Shown here one piece after another: positions 11,335 to 20,981 of a DNA stretch of 64,000 nucleotides (position 1 is the stretch's first letter; every line of letters starts with the position of its first letter). Location: contig OZ251219.1 in assembly GCA_965240465.1 (NCBI GenBank), positions 160,001 through 224,000 of the forward strand, in the 5' to 3' direction. The translations under genes were made by a program, and so were the position numbers. Source of the stretch: a bacterium. Its GTDB lineage: Bacteria > SAR324 > JACQKK01. The notes under the pieces are model-generated. The model did not search any database. It saw only the letters and a list, made by a program, of their open reading frames with translations, and was not told the origin of the DNA.

Positions 11335-13827
11335 TTACTGGACTATGTTTTTAACATATTCCAGCTTCAGAGTAGTAAACCGTACCGCGGTAGCAATATG
11401 TTGCTGATGACCCCTTAGCACGTTGCTGTACCCTATTCCCTTGAGTCCTTCTCTTTTAAGCTGTTTTACAAACAATACCCTCAAGCTTTTTCCTCCCTCA
11501 ATGGCATATTCCAAGCGTAGCTCATTCAGCCCGGATATTGTTGGACATTGGGCCCGAACATCAAGCCATTCGTTTTTTGCTAAGGGTCCCCATTTTTTTA
11601 TGGGTACGCTATTGCATAACAACTGTATTTGCTGGCCATTGTGTAGATTTTCCAACCTCGCCCGCAATTGAACCTGCTTATTAGCCTGACCACTATCGGC
11701 AACGTGCCAATACAGGACAGTTGTTTTACCCAGGGAATATCGCTCATTTCCTACACTAGCGATGGTACCCAACCTTTTGGAACGGTACTTGAGTCCCTTA
11801 GCACTAATTCCATAAGGTCGTTCAAAAGCTACAAAATCAGCCTGACCCTCAAAAAAGACTACCGGAGGATTGTCAGCCAAGTTTTTTTTATGGCGACTAC
11901 GCCAATCATCTGTTAGCGGAACAAATGCCAGCTTGGTGCCTTTTTCTTTATTGGCTAGTAAGCGAGCCGTTGGCCGACCAAAACGATGATAAAATTCCTT
12001 AGCACAGCCAGTAGCCATCAAATCCTCGTGTACCTGAATACCAGCAAAGTCATGCTGTGATAAATGTAGTTCCAAGAAACGATATTCATCTTCCTTGAGA
12101 CAACGCCACTGACGACGAGGTTCTTTTATTCCCCCCTGCTGGCGTGCTTCTGGCCACAATAAATGCGGCCAGCCCTGTAAAATCAGTTTTTCCAATAGAC
12201 TGCTCGGGGGCCAGATATCCCATCCTCCTGCCAGACCTTTTTTGTCATGATGCCTGCGTAAAAAGCCAATATCCTGAGCCCAGAAATCATAAGAACACAT
12301 AGCACGAAATCCACGAATACGAAGACAAAATGGCCACTCAAAAATAGCCGTACCCTCTGTATTCTTAATAACATTTGCATAAGATACAATATCTTGACGG
12401 TCTACTCTGGTAAAAGAATGGGCATCTGGAAGTTCTGAGGCAAATGTATGAACCTCCGTTCCAGCTACCACCAACCAAATGGCAAAAACCCCCTTGTGGA
12501 CATGTCGCCAATCGATTTCCAAGGTTGGCAATAGTAGTAGCAATGGATAGAGCAATGTGCCTCGCCCTCCTACTCTTGTAAAACTGTGCCAGGGAAACAC
12601 CTCCAATAGCGGCAGTAAGCGCGGAATGTTGAATACTAACAGCAAAAAAAACACCCCCGAGGGCAACAGCCATACCCACGCAGGAGTAGACTCAGACGCA
12701 TTGGCCGAAGTATCAAAGGAGCCAGAATCTGTAGAAGACGACCTAAACCAACACCCCCGAACTGCCCACCACCAACCCATTATCCCCAGAGATAACAACG
12801 CCCAACCAGCCATCCCACTATAAAAATGCTCTCTTATGTCAAACAGATCTAATGAAAAGCTAGCTTTCCAATATGGAAGAAACAACCGCAATGGACTGGA
12901 AAACCAAAACCTAAAATAATGTCCCGAATCCGTACTAACAGGAGTAATGGCACTAACAATCTGCAAAACCAGCGGCACGTACAACCACCCCACTACAAAC
13001 ATTGCCCCCAGCAAAGAACAGTGCCAAAAAGGCCTGCCACGTACCTCAGACCATCCATGGAAACTTGCACGCAAGGCCAGCTTCCAGATGCTACCAGTAC
13101 CCAGCCATCGCCTGTGCCATACCCAGCCCACCCCAAATAACAATGTGATCACAAACGATGTTATATTCAATGCCCCTACATAGCCTAATCCATGCCCCAA
13201 TCCTAGCAACAGAAACAATCCACGTAACATTACCAGCTTCAATCGCAACTTCCCTTCCCGTACCAATTGACGAAACAAGAGAAAGTCTACCAATACCCCC
13301 AACTGTAGCCAGTGAATATATGCAATATTAAAATGAACGCTCTGCTTGTAACCAACATAAAAATTTAACAAAACAGATAAAAATGCAAAAACTCCTGCAC
13401 GATTATCACCATATACTCCCCGTAGTAGCCAAAAACTTCCTAAACACCCCACCAAAACGCTGATGGCTCCATAGTACAAGAACCACTCCCCCTCACCCAG
13501 CCACTTACCGCCCTGATACATCCATAATGCCTGCTCAAATGCCCAATCTACCAACATAACCCCCATATCATAAGGATATGTGTGTTCATCACCAGCAGGC
13601 ATCAATTGCGGAAATGGCCACCACTTGATCCAACGGGCAAAGTAATCCCAAGTAAAATAAGATTGTTGTACATCTGTTGCCCCCTCCCACGCCCACCCTA
13701 TTGGCAACCGATTGACAAAATCATGCCACCAAAAACAAAAACCCAACAACACGAACACCCAAATCGCTGTTCGCACCCCTCCCAAACTCTTACCCCCCTT
13801 AATCTTCTCTACCAAACTGGTTAACAT
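11335..13827 (-). CDS. Large polytopic membrane protein, possibly YfhO / GT-C glycosyltransferase-like
   Basis: 830 aa; many hydrophobic Trp/Gly-rich segments in the N-terminal ~460 aa, then a soluble domain. Family assigned from architecture only. Confidence 0.55.
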   Translation of the reverse strand: MLTSLVEKIKGGKSLGGVRTAIWVFVLLGFCFWWHDFVNRLPIGWAWEGATDVQQSYFTWDYFARWIKWWPFPQLMPAGDEHTYPYDMGVMLVDWAFEQALWMYQGGKWLGEGEWFLYYGAISVLVGCLGSFWLLRGVYGDNRAGVFAFLSVLLNFYVGYKQSVHFNIAYIHWLQLGVLVDFLLFRQLVREGKLRLKLVMLRGLFLLLGLGHGLGYVGALNITSFVITLLFGVGWVWHRRWLGTGSIWKLALRASFHGWSEVRGRPFWHCSLLGAMFVVGWLYVPLVLQIVSAITPVSTDSGHYFRFWFSSPLRLFLPYWKASFSLDLFDIREHFYSGMAGWALLSLGIMGWWWAVRGCWFRSSSTDSGSFDTSANASESTPAWVWLLPSGVFFLLLVFNIPRLLPLLEVFPWHSFTRVGGRGTLLYPLLLLLPTLEIDWRHVHKGVFAIWLVVAGTEVHTFASELPDAHSFTRVDRQDIVSYANVIKNTEGTAIFEWPFCLRIRGFRAMCSYDFWAQDIGFLRRHHDKKGLAGGWDIWPPSSLLEKLILQGWPHLLWPEARQQGGIKEPRRQWRCLKEDEYRFLELHLSQHDFAGIQVHEDLMATGCAKEFYHRFGRPTARLLANKEKGTKLAFVPLTDDWRSRHKKNLADNPPVVFFEGQADFVAFERPYGISAKGLKYRSKRLGTIASVGNERYSLGKTTVLYWHVADSGQANKQVQLRARLENLHNGQQIQLLCNSVPIKKWGPLAKNEWLDVRAQCPTISGLNELRLEYAIEGGKSLRVLFVKQLKREGLKGIGYSNVLRGHQQHIATAVRFTTLKLEYVKNIVQ

Positions 13828-13922
13828 CCGCCCATCAAAAACCTTATTAACTTATACATATAACAGACAAGGCAACATCATTATAATGCTCCCACCTAAA
13901 AATATGTACCCCGTTTCAGGAT

Positions 13923-14408
13923 CTATTGATTTATTAGCCCAGGCCAGTTTTTATCACCTTTTCTGATATTGTCATCACGCTCGCTCAGCCAAGCATTTTT
14001 CACCCCTATGCTGTAGTTAAGGTAAAGCTTGTTTTTGTGAACAGTCCAAGCACGAGGATTTATCGGAGCTACTTGGTTCTGAGCTACTGCAAAAGCACAA
14101 TAGCCCCCATATTGAGGAGCATATTGTTGAGGTTTTTTAAGGAATTTATCCCGATTTTCAGCCGAATAAAAATTCCAAGTTGCTCCGTTCCATTTGGCTT
14201 GGAAGGCTTTTTTTCCTTTTACAGCCCGTTTATCTGTGAAATAAGCCACAGCATCGTAGCCACGGATGGCTACCCCTCGAGATTGGAATACTGGTTCTAT
14301 CGCTTGGGCATCATTTGGAATAACCAAGCTGTAAATAAAAGCCAAACCGCATAGTGTAACAGCTAGTGTTAGCCATTTTCTATTCATATTGGGGATCTGT
14401 TTAATCAT
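13923..14408 (-). CDS. Secreted YHS-domain protein (copy 1)
   Basis: Signal peptide ending AQA; AIRGYDAVAYF, WNFYSAENRDKF, YAPQYGGYCAF, LYLNYS, DKNWP. Confidence 0.88.
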   Translation of the reverse strand: MIKQIPNMNRKWLTLAVTLCGLAFIYSLVIPNDAQAIEPVFQSRGVAIRGYDAVAYFTDKRAVKGKKAFQAKWNGATWNFYSAENRDKFLKKPQQYAPQYGGYCAFAVAQNQVAPINPRAWTVHKNKLYLNYSIGVKNAWLSERDDNIRKGDKNWPGLINQ

Positions 14409-14552
14409 GGATATATTCCTTATTTAAGGATAAATAATAACAACAAATTACGCTGCACTTAAAAAATTTGCTACTTGCCATAAACATAGCACCGAAGAAA
14501 ATGAGCTGGACTGATTTGGGCATGAGTTCATTAAGACATCAATCACAAATTA

Positions 14553-15041
14553 CTAGCTACCCTTAAGTAAATTAGGCCAGTTTTTGTCTCCCTTTTTGAT
14601 ATTGCTATCACGACTTTCCAGCCAAGTAGTTTTCACTCCTGTGCTGTAATTAAGGTATAGTTTATTATTGTGGACCGTCCAGGCATGTGGGTCTATGGGA
14701 GCTACATAATTCCGAGAGACGGCAAAGGCACAATAGCCCCCGTATTGAGGGGCATATTGTTGAGGTTTTTTAAGGAATTTATCCCGATTTTCAGCCGAAT
14801 AAAAATTCCAAGTTGCCTTGTTCCATTTGGCTTGGAAGGCGTTTTTTCCCTTTACAGCTCGCTTTTCTGCGAAATATGCCACCGAGTCATAGCCACGGAT
14901 AGCTACTCCTCGGGATTGAAATACTGGCTCTATCGCTTGAGCATTATTTGGAATAATCAAGCTGTGAATAAAAGCCAAGCTGCATAATGTAAGAGTTAGT
15001 GTCAGCCATTTTCTATTGATACTGGGGGTCTGTGCAAACAT
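14553..15041 (-). CDS. Secreted YHS-domain protein (copy 2)
   Basis: Near-identical paralogue of 13923..14408 with the same motifs; GGAG upstream of the ATG. Confidence 0.88.
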   Translation of the reverse strand: MFAQTPSINRKWLTLTLTLCSLAFIHSLIIPNNAQAIEPVFQSRGVAIRGYDSVAYFAEKRAVKGKNAFQAKWNKATWNFYSAENRDKFLKKPQQYAPQYGGYCAFAVSRNYVAPIDPHAWTVHNNKLYLNYSTGVKTTWLESRDSNIKKGDKNWPNLLKGS

Positions 15042-15189
15042 GAAAGGACTCCTTATTATAAATAAATCTATCGTGCAATAAACTGAGTGACATTATACCT
15101 TTGCTACCTATAATCAGTCTAGTACATGTGGATACATAGAGTGAATACCTGCAGACAAACAGAAATAATTGCCCCCTCGCACCAAAACA

Positions 15190-15618
15190 TTAAGATAAGG
15201 CTTTTTCCAATTTTTGGTGGAGGTCCTGGCTAATGCGAGTAGGCTTACCTTCTTGGTTCAAGAATACAGCTGTTGCTTGGGCAGTGAGAACAAGATTTTG
15301 CTTTTGATCAGGCTTACTTCCAGCTGGGCAGGTGATTTGTTGGTCCATATTTAGCCTAGCACCGCGAACAGAAGCTACTTGAAGATAAACCGTAAAGGTC
15401 TGATCAGATAACAGAGATTTGTAAAAACGTAGATGAATTTCTGAGAGTGCCAAGGATTGATTGTCTTTGGCAGCCTGAGACGGAATTATGCCCAGTGTAA
15501 TCAAAAAGGCATGGCGAGTATGTTCCAAATAATTGAGATAAACAGCATTATTAACCACCCCAAATTGATCTAATTCATAGTCGCGTACGTGAAAATCCAG
15601 TTGGAAAGAAGCTGACAT
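15190..15618 (-). CDS. YbgC/FadM-family acyl-CoA thioesterase
   Basis: VRDYELDQFGVVNNAVYLNYLEHTR hot-dog-fold motif. ATG 15618 removes the overlap with the upstream cytochrome gene. Confidence 0.88.
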   Translation of the reverse strand: MSASFQLDFHVRDYELDQFGVVNNAVYLNYLEHTRHAFLITLGIIPSQAAKDNQSLALSEIHLRFYKSLLSDQTFTVYLQVASVRGARLNMDQQITCPAGSKPDQKQNLVLTAQATAVFLNQEGKPTRISQDLHQKLEKALS

Positions 15619-15640
15619 ACTACAAAAACAAGATGGCTGT

Positions 15641-15955
15641 TTACGGTTTCTGAGACTCCAACCACTCTGCAATTTGGCGGATATCATAGTCGCTAAGGCG
15701 ACGAGCATGCGTCCACATAGTTTGTGAAGCCGCACTATCACGCTCCAGATTGCGATAAGCACGCAGTTGATTCACTAGATAAGCCGCGTTCTGGGATGCC
15801 AATTTGGGAATACCGTTGCCAATCGGCCGACTACCTTTCCTTCCATGACATACCCCACAAGCATTTTGCTGGTAGATATATTCTCCGGTAGGCTGTGCCT
15901 CAACAATATTTTGCCAACCCAACAGAGCTACAATAGTCATAGCCATTAACAACAT
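15641..15955 (-). CDS. Monoheme cytochrome c (c553/c4-domain type)
   Basis: Signal peptide from ATG 15955; CGVCH, PKLASQNAAYLVNQLRAY, distal Met (QTMW). Confidence 0.88.
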   Translation of the reverse strand: MLLMAMTIVALLGWQNIVEAQPTGEYIYQQNACGVCHGRKGSRPIGNGIPKLASQNAAYLVNQLRAYRNLERDSAASQTMWTHARRLSDYDIRQIAEWLESQKP

Positions 15956-16112
15956 CTTTACCGATGCCGTATCCTTACACACCTGGCAATTCGCTAAATA
16001 CATGGGGGCATTATTCTGGCAAGAATCTATAAATAAAGAAAAACATATCAGCAGGTTCCAATTTAAGAGCATCTGATATTAGGACACTCTGCAGAATTGA
16101 TGACATACACTA

Positions 16113-16493
16113 CTATTTTAACGCAGCTAGATAAGCAGCTATCTCAAGCACCTCTTTTTTGCTTAAAGCATCCGCAAAAGGCCACATCACCTTGGCTAGG
16201 GCACTAGAACGAGAACGGTCTTGGTACGCCCTCAACTGAGCAACAATATACACAGCATTTTGACCTGCTAGCTTAGGGTAATTAAGTGCTATCGGCTGAC
16301 GACCATTTTGGCCATGGCAAGACACACAATCTTTTGACACATAAAGCTCTTTACCATCTGCTTGGGCCGATTTGGCAATGACGGTCGCACTCAGAAAAAC
16401 AAGTACACAAACCACTAACCTGGTAGATCTATTTAATCGAGATTGCCACTCCCCTAGTTGCCTCTGTTCTAACAACTGTAAAATAAATCTCAT
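16113..16493 (-). CDS. Monoheme cytochrome c (c553/c4-domain type)
   Basis: Signal region ending AQA; CVSCH, YPKLAGQNAVYIVAQLRAY, distal Met (KVMW). Start uncertain. Confidence 0.88.
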   Translation of the reverse strand: MRFILQLLEQRQLGEWQSRLNRSTRLVVCVLVFLSATVIAKSAQADGKELYVSKDCVSCHGQNGRQPIALNYPKLAGQNAVYIVAQLRAYQDRSRSSALAKVMWPFADALSKKEVLEIAAYLAALK

Positions 16494-16619
16494 CGTGTTT
16501 ACCAAGTAATCTTATTCAATCATTTCTCACTAACATTTTATAGCTAAAACCTAGTTGCTAGCATGGTTTATTATCATATCCGATCATAATACCCCCCCCT
16601 TCGTTTGTTTTGTTGTTAA

Positions 16620-17213
16620 CTAAGGGATGGAGAAAGAGGGGGTAATAACAATGTCCATAGGAACATCATGTGGTTCTGTGGGGATGGCATGCTCACACTG
16701 CCATTCTAGTGCCAAGCCAATCAGGGTAGCCGGAGTTTCTCTGAGTTCCTGTAGGTTAGCAATAAAGCGATCATAGATACCCTTGCCGTACCCCAATCGT
16801 TGACGATTTTGATCAAATCCAAGCATAGGTACAATCACAATGTCAATGTACTGGGCTTGTGATGAGGAAAGCGGCTGGTATCCTTGGGGAGGGGGACAAG
16901 GTTCCAACACCCCAAAAGGTCCTTTTATAAGAGGCTCACCCGGCTTCCAAGAAGCAGTAGCCAAAGTATTATTAGGCATTTGTACAGGAGCAAAACAGAT
17001 TTTCTCGGCAGACGCCTCTTGCCAAATAAGAGCAGTATTTATCTCATCTGGAAGGCTGATAAAACAGTGAATGCCGGTTGCTTGCTGCCAAACAATAAGT
17101 TGAAACAATTTCTTAGCAATGGACAGGCTAGCCTGTTTGAGAATATGAGTATCTACTGAATGCCTCTTGGTCAAAAGTCGCTGACGAAGTTCTCGCTTGG
17201 CGATTGATACCAT
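16620..17213 (-). CDS. ygfA: 5-formyltetrahydrofolate cyclo-ligase
   Basis: KRELR, EINT, FGVLEP, IVPMLGFD...RLGYGKGIYDR, PTEPHDVPMD. The ORF is open up to 17252, so the start is uncertain. Confidence 0.92.
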   Translation of the reverse strand: MVSIAKRELRQRLLTKRHSVDTHILKQASLSIAKKLFQLIVWQQATGIHCFISLPDEINTALIWQEASAEKICFAPVQMPNNTLATASWKPGEPLIKGPFGVLEPCPPPQGYQPLSSSQAQYIDIVIVPMLGFDQNRQRLGYGKGIYDRFIANLQELRETPATLIGLALEWQCEHAIPTEPHDVPMDIVITPSFSIP

Positions 17214-17378
17214 AGTAAAACCGAAATTATTATCTGCCATACTGGGATACAATGAAAAAAATTTAACAACCTACACTAAGAATAAGATGAAAAAACACCC
17301 AATCCATATACCAGATTACTTCAATGCCCATGGAGAAGGTCCCATGGAGTCAGAGTAAATAGTATTTTTGGTCAATAA

Positions 17379-18743
17379 CTATTCCGACGCCGACAATAGC
17401 ACCAACTTTTTCCGCAAATGGTACTGTATCCAAAAAGCAAATCCAACCTGAACAAAGCTGGCAATGTTGTTAGCCCAAAAAATGGCCAGAAAACTACTCT
17501 TCCACACCAACAAGCTCCCTATTAGCCATATAGACATGGTCACAATTCGAACACTCCCAATAGCCAAGGAAAAACCAGTACGACCCAACCCCACTGCCAA
17601 AGAATTAACACTAAAAATAAACGCAAAGGCTGGTAGTGACAACATATTAATGATCGCATAGGTTACCCCAAAGGACATCACCTGAGGGCTATCTGTGAAC
17701 AACCCCACCAAGAACCCTGCACCACTCCCAATTAATACGCACCCCAAAAATGCCATTAAAAAACTGTATAGCAGGCCACACCTAAATGAAGACCACACTC
17801 TATCCCATTTACCCGCTCCATGATTCTGTCCCACCATACTAGACACCGCAACTCCGATTGAAATAATCGGTAAAATGGATGTCTCAAAAATACGAAACCC
17901 CACCACCGTACCAGCTACCACCGTGCTCCCCAATGGACGCAGTGCCACGTATACAGCCATTATACCCATTGCAAAAAATAAGTGCTGGACCCCTACAGGA
18001 ACACCTATCCTAAGAGTACGCCCTATCTGCTGCCAATCTGGTCGCAATGGCATTTCTAGCTGCAAAGGTCGTCCTCTGTTAATTTCCCCCGAACGCAACA
18101 TCAACCACACATAAACAGATCCACTCACTACCTGCGATGTCATTGTCGCCCAAGCAGCCCCATTCATTTGCCAACCATTAAAAGGTCCCCATCCGAATAT
18201 AAACAGCGGATCCAGTATAAAATTCATCACCACGCTTAAACCAATCAATTTCATTGGCGTCTTAAAATCTCCCACTGCACGCCAACATTGACTCATAGAA
18301 AATAAAAATACCTGCCATAAAAAAGCCGAGGCATAAACTCTATAAAATGACACCCCCAAGGCTTTAACTTCAGCATCTTTGGTAAAAATGGCAAAATACC
18401 AAGGGGCTACCAAGCCCGCCAACAGCCAACCCATAGACCCCAACACTACTGCTAGCAATACCGTCTGAGAAAATACCCGTCCTACACCTTTAAAATCTCC
18501 TGCACCGTAAAATGACGCTATCTGAGACAAGGAACCCACCCCCAGCATCATTGTCAGTGACAACACCAAGAAAAGTGTATTGAATGATATCGCAAACGCT
18601 GCCAGTACCTTTTCACCCAACCGACCCAGAAAAAACAAATCCGCCAGAGCATAAAAAGACTGCATTAAGAAAGCCAACAGAGTAGGCCCCGCCAATCGTA
18701 GTACCCATAACAAAATAGGGCCCTTCGTTAAATCTTGTGCCAT
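17379..18743 (-). CDS. MATE family efflux transporter
   Basis: DLTKGPI, YALADLFFLGRLG, RAVGDFKTPM, NFILDPLFIFG, GAAWAT, GQNHGAG; about 12 TM segments. Confidence 0.94.
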   Translation of the reverse strand: MAQDLTKGPILLWVLRLAGPTLLAFLMQSFYALADLFFLGRLGEKVLAAFAISFNTLFLVLSLTMMLGVGSLSQIASFYGAGDFKGVGRVFSQTVLLAVVLGSMGWLLAGLVAPWYFAIFTKDAEVKALGVSFYRVYASAFLWQVFLFSMSQCWRAVGDFKTPMKLIGLSVVMNFILDPLFIFGWGPFNGWQMNGAAWATMTSQVVSGSVYVWLMLRSGEINRGRPLQLEMPLRPDWQQIGRTLRIGVPVGVQHLFFAMGIMAVYVALRPLGSTVVAGTVVGFRIFETSILPIISIGVAVSSMVGQNHGAGKWDRVWSSFRCGLLYSFLMAFLGCVLIGSGAGFLVGLFTDSPQVMSFGVTYAIINMLSLPAFAFIFSVNSLAVGLGRTGFSLAIGSVRIVTMSIWLIGSLLVWKSSFLAIFWANNIASFVQVGFAFWIQYHLRKKLVLLSASE

Positions 18744-18877
18744 TGTTTTTAGTTAAATCTTCGTTTCATGCTTTTCAACCATACCGAACACTAGCGAAAA
18801 ACTACCCTGAATCTTTATGTCTTTAATAGCAAACATAGCTCGTTGACAAGCGAGTATTGAAATTGTCTTTAGCAAAT

Positions 18878-20953
18878 TTATTCTGTCTGCTGTAATAAGG
18901 AAGGAGTGATAGATGGGTTGTTGTAAAGCAGATAGCGACTAGTTTCAAAAAGTCCCATTGCGAGAGTCTTCATGCTTTGAAATTTCTCTGGATATTGCTC
19001 TTTAATATCTTTTAGATAGGTTTTAGAACGATATTGATACATGTGATCTTGTCCATCAAAGGAACGCTGGAAGTAAAAGCGTTTTTCAAGTAGTCCGATT
19101 TGCGGTGCGGACAAATTAGGACGAATGGTAAATATGGGGCGGTTGTGATCAATGTTGGGGGAGAAAAGGTTTTGTCCAAGTCCCCGATAGCGGTAGCTGA
19201 AGCCTAGTAGGCTAGTGATGGTGGGCAATAGGTCAACTTCACTGGCAATGGTTTCTATTTTGCGAGGGTTTTTGATGAGGTGAGGATTATAAAATACCAA
19301 TGGAACATGAAAGCTGGTGATACCTAATTGGGTATATCCAGGGGGAATATGCTTGCCGGAAGATGGCAGTCCATGATCTCCCAGTATCACAAAAAGGGTG
19401 TTAGGGAAGTAATGTTCTTTTTCAGCTAACTGAAAAAAATGTCCCAGGGAAAAATCTAATAAACGGAAGGAATTGTATTCGGCAAGCGACTGGAATCCTG
19501 CGGCTTTGACTTCTTCATGAGGTATTTCTTTTGGTTGGAAATTAAGTCTGTTTTTGGGGATAGTATAGGGGCGATGGCTTCCTGAAGTTACAATGAAAGC
19601 AAAGAATGGCTGTTGTGTTTCTTTGAATACCCGATTAGCAGACTTAAAGAGGTCTAAGTCTGAAATGCCCCAAACATCTACCACGGGGGCATCATAGCTA
19701 CCTTCTTCCATGAGTTGGAGATTTTTTATGTTGCTTTGGAGGGTCCCACGTAAATTACCCCAATTAGCACTACCTCCAATGAAGTAAAAGCGTTTGTACT
19801 CAGATGGCCACTCGTTAAGGAGTATATGCTGATCAACAATTAGAGGATTGCGGCTGGATGTATTAGAGGCGTCAACATCGGGGATGCCTACCAGGGCGGT
19901 AAACACGGAACGGGCTGTTCCTGCTGTGGGAGTATAAAAATTGGTGAATGTCCAAGAACGGGGCAGTAGGCTGTCTAGATTGGGTGTTGGCTGAGCTGGG
20001 TTTCCCAATGAACCAACAAAGTATGAGGAAAGAGACTCCATCATGATGATCACCACATTAGTATTTTTAGGCATTAGTGGAGATGACGGCTTAATAAAGC
20101 GTTGATAAGAAAGGGGTGGCTGTTGGGGTGGGATATTAAGATATTTAGAGATGACCGGATAATATTTCTGAGTGGCATTGGCATCAAAGGATTGGACTCT
20201 ATCTTCATAGGTATCAAAGAAAAATAAGACTGGGTTGAGTGCCAATGCGTTTAGATATACATTATTTGTAAAATAGGCTTGGCTCCAACGCAGAGGGTAC
20301 GCAGAGTTATTGCCATAAATGCCTACCAGCAGGCCAATCACTGCCAACACTGACAGAATATATCTTTGCCAGCGTTGCTTTATAGAACATGAAGGTTCTT
20401 GCTTAAGGAATATCGGCAACACCATTCTCCAAATTAGCCAGCTGTAGAATGCCATACCTCCGAGTACAAACAGCAGGATAGCTAAAACAGGATAGGTCTC
20501 CCATACCATGCGAGTAGATAACTGAGCCGCCTGAAGGAACTCAAGCAAAGAAGCGTTAAAACGCGTTTCTTGATAAGCAAAATTGCCAAAATCTATTACA
20601 TATACTAGCTGACATAAAAAGATTGCCAGAGTAAGCCAGAGCCACCACACCACTCTCATAAATCTGTAACGAGGGTTCAACCATGGAATTACACTGAATA
20701 TCACCAATGGCAAAATTATTAATAATCCCAACCGTAAGTCAAATCTCAGTCCCAGCTGAAAAGAGTGCCAGAAATCTGCGTATGAGTACTGGGCGGCAGA
20801 TTTTTCATTAAAACTAATCACAAAGGCGATTCGCAATAAAGCAAACCAAAGAAAATTTAATCCTGCTATCAATAAAAAAGCCCGTGTACAAGGACTCAGC
20901 AATTTTTGCCATCCCTGTCTCAGGCTTATCAGTAGGGTATTATGCTTCCACAT
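18878..20953 (-). CDS. LTA synthase / MdoB-like membrane-anchored phosphoglycerol-transferase-sulfatase family protein
   Basis: About 5 N-terminal TM helices (GLRFDLR), then NVVIIMMES, TAGTARS (Thr nucleophile), SHRPY, LGDHG, SEVDLLPT. Confidence 0.88.
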   Translation of the reverse strand: MWKHNTLLISLRQGWQKLLSPCTRAFLLIAGLNFLWFALLRIAFVISFNEKSAAQYSYADFWHSFQLGLRFDLRLGLLIILPLVIFSVIPWLNPRYRFMRVVWWLWLTLAIFLCQLVYVIDFGNFAYQETRFNASLLEFLQAAQLSTRMVWETYPVLAILLFVLGGMAFYSWLIWRMVLPIFLKQEPSCSIKQRWQRYILSVLAVIGLLVGIYGNNSAYPLRWSQAYFTNNVYLNALALNPVLFFFDTYEDRVQSFDANATQKYYPVISKYLNIPPQQPPLSYQRFIKPSSPLMPKNTNVVIIMMESLSSYFVGSLGNPAQPTPNLDSLLPRSWTFTNFYTPTAGTARSVFTALVGIPDVDASNTSSRNPLIVDQHILLNEWPSEYKRFYFIGGSANWGNLRGTLQSNIKNLQLMEEGSYDAPVVDVWGISDLDLFKSANRVFKETQQPFFAFIVTSGSHRPYTIPKNRLNFQPKEIPHEEVKAAGFQSLAEYNSFRLLDFSLGHFFQLAEKEHYFPNTLFVILGDHGLPSSGKHIPPGYTQLGITSFHVPLVFYNPHLIKNPRKIETIASEVDLLPTITSLLGFSYRYRGLGQNLFSPNIDHNRPIFTIRPNLSAPQIGLLEKRFYFQRSFDGQDHMYQYRSKTYLKDIKEQYPEKFQSMKTLAMGLFETSRYLLYNNPSITPSLLQQTE

Positions 20954-20981
20954 GATTTTTTATAGTATCTTTCACAATTTA

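Noticed and set aside
14090-14735. Selenocysteine in the YHS proteins
   Set aside because: Both YGGYCAF motifs use TGT (Cys).
15619-15762. Long overlap between the thioesterase and cytochrome c genes
   Set aside because: An artefact of longest-ORF start choice; ATG 15618 gives a normal thioesterase with no overlap.
17214-17378. 6S RNA upstream of ygfA
   Set aside because: The gap is short and I could not find the long self-complementary rod; only a 9-nt direct repeat is present.
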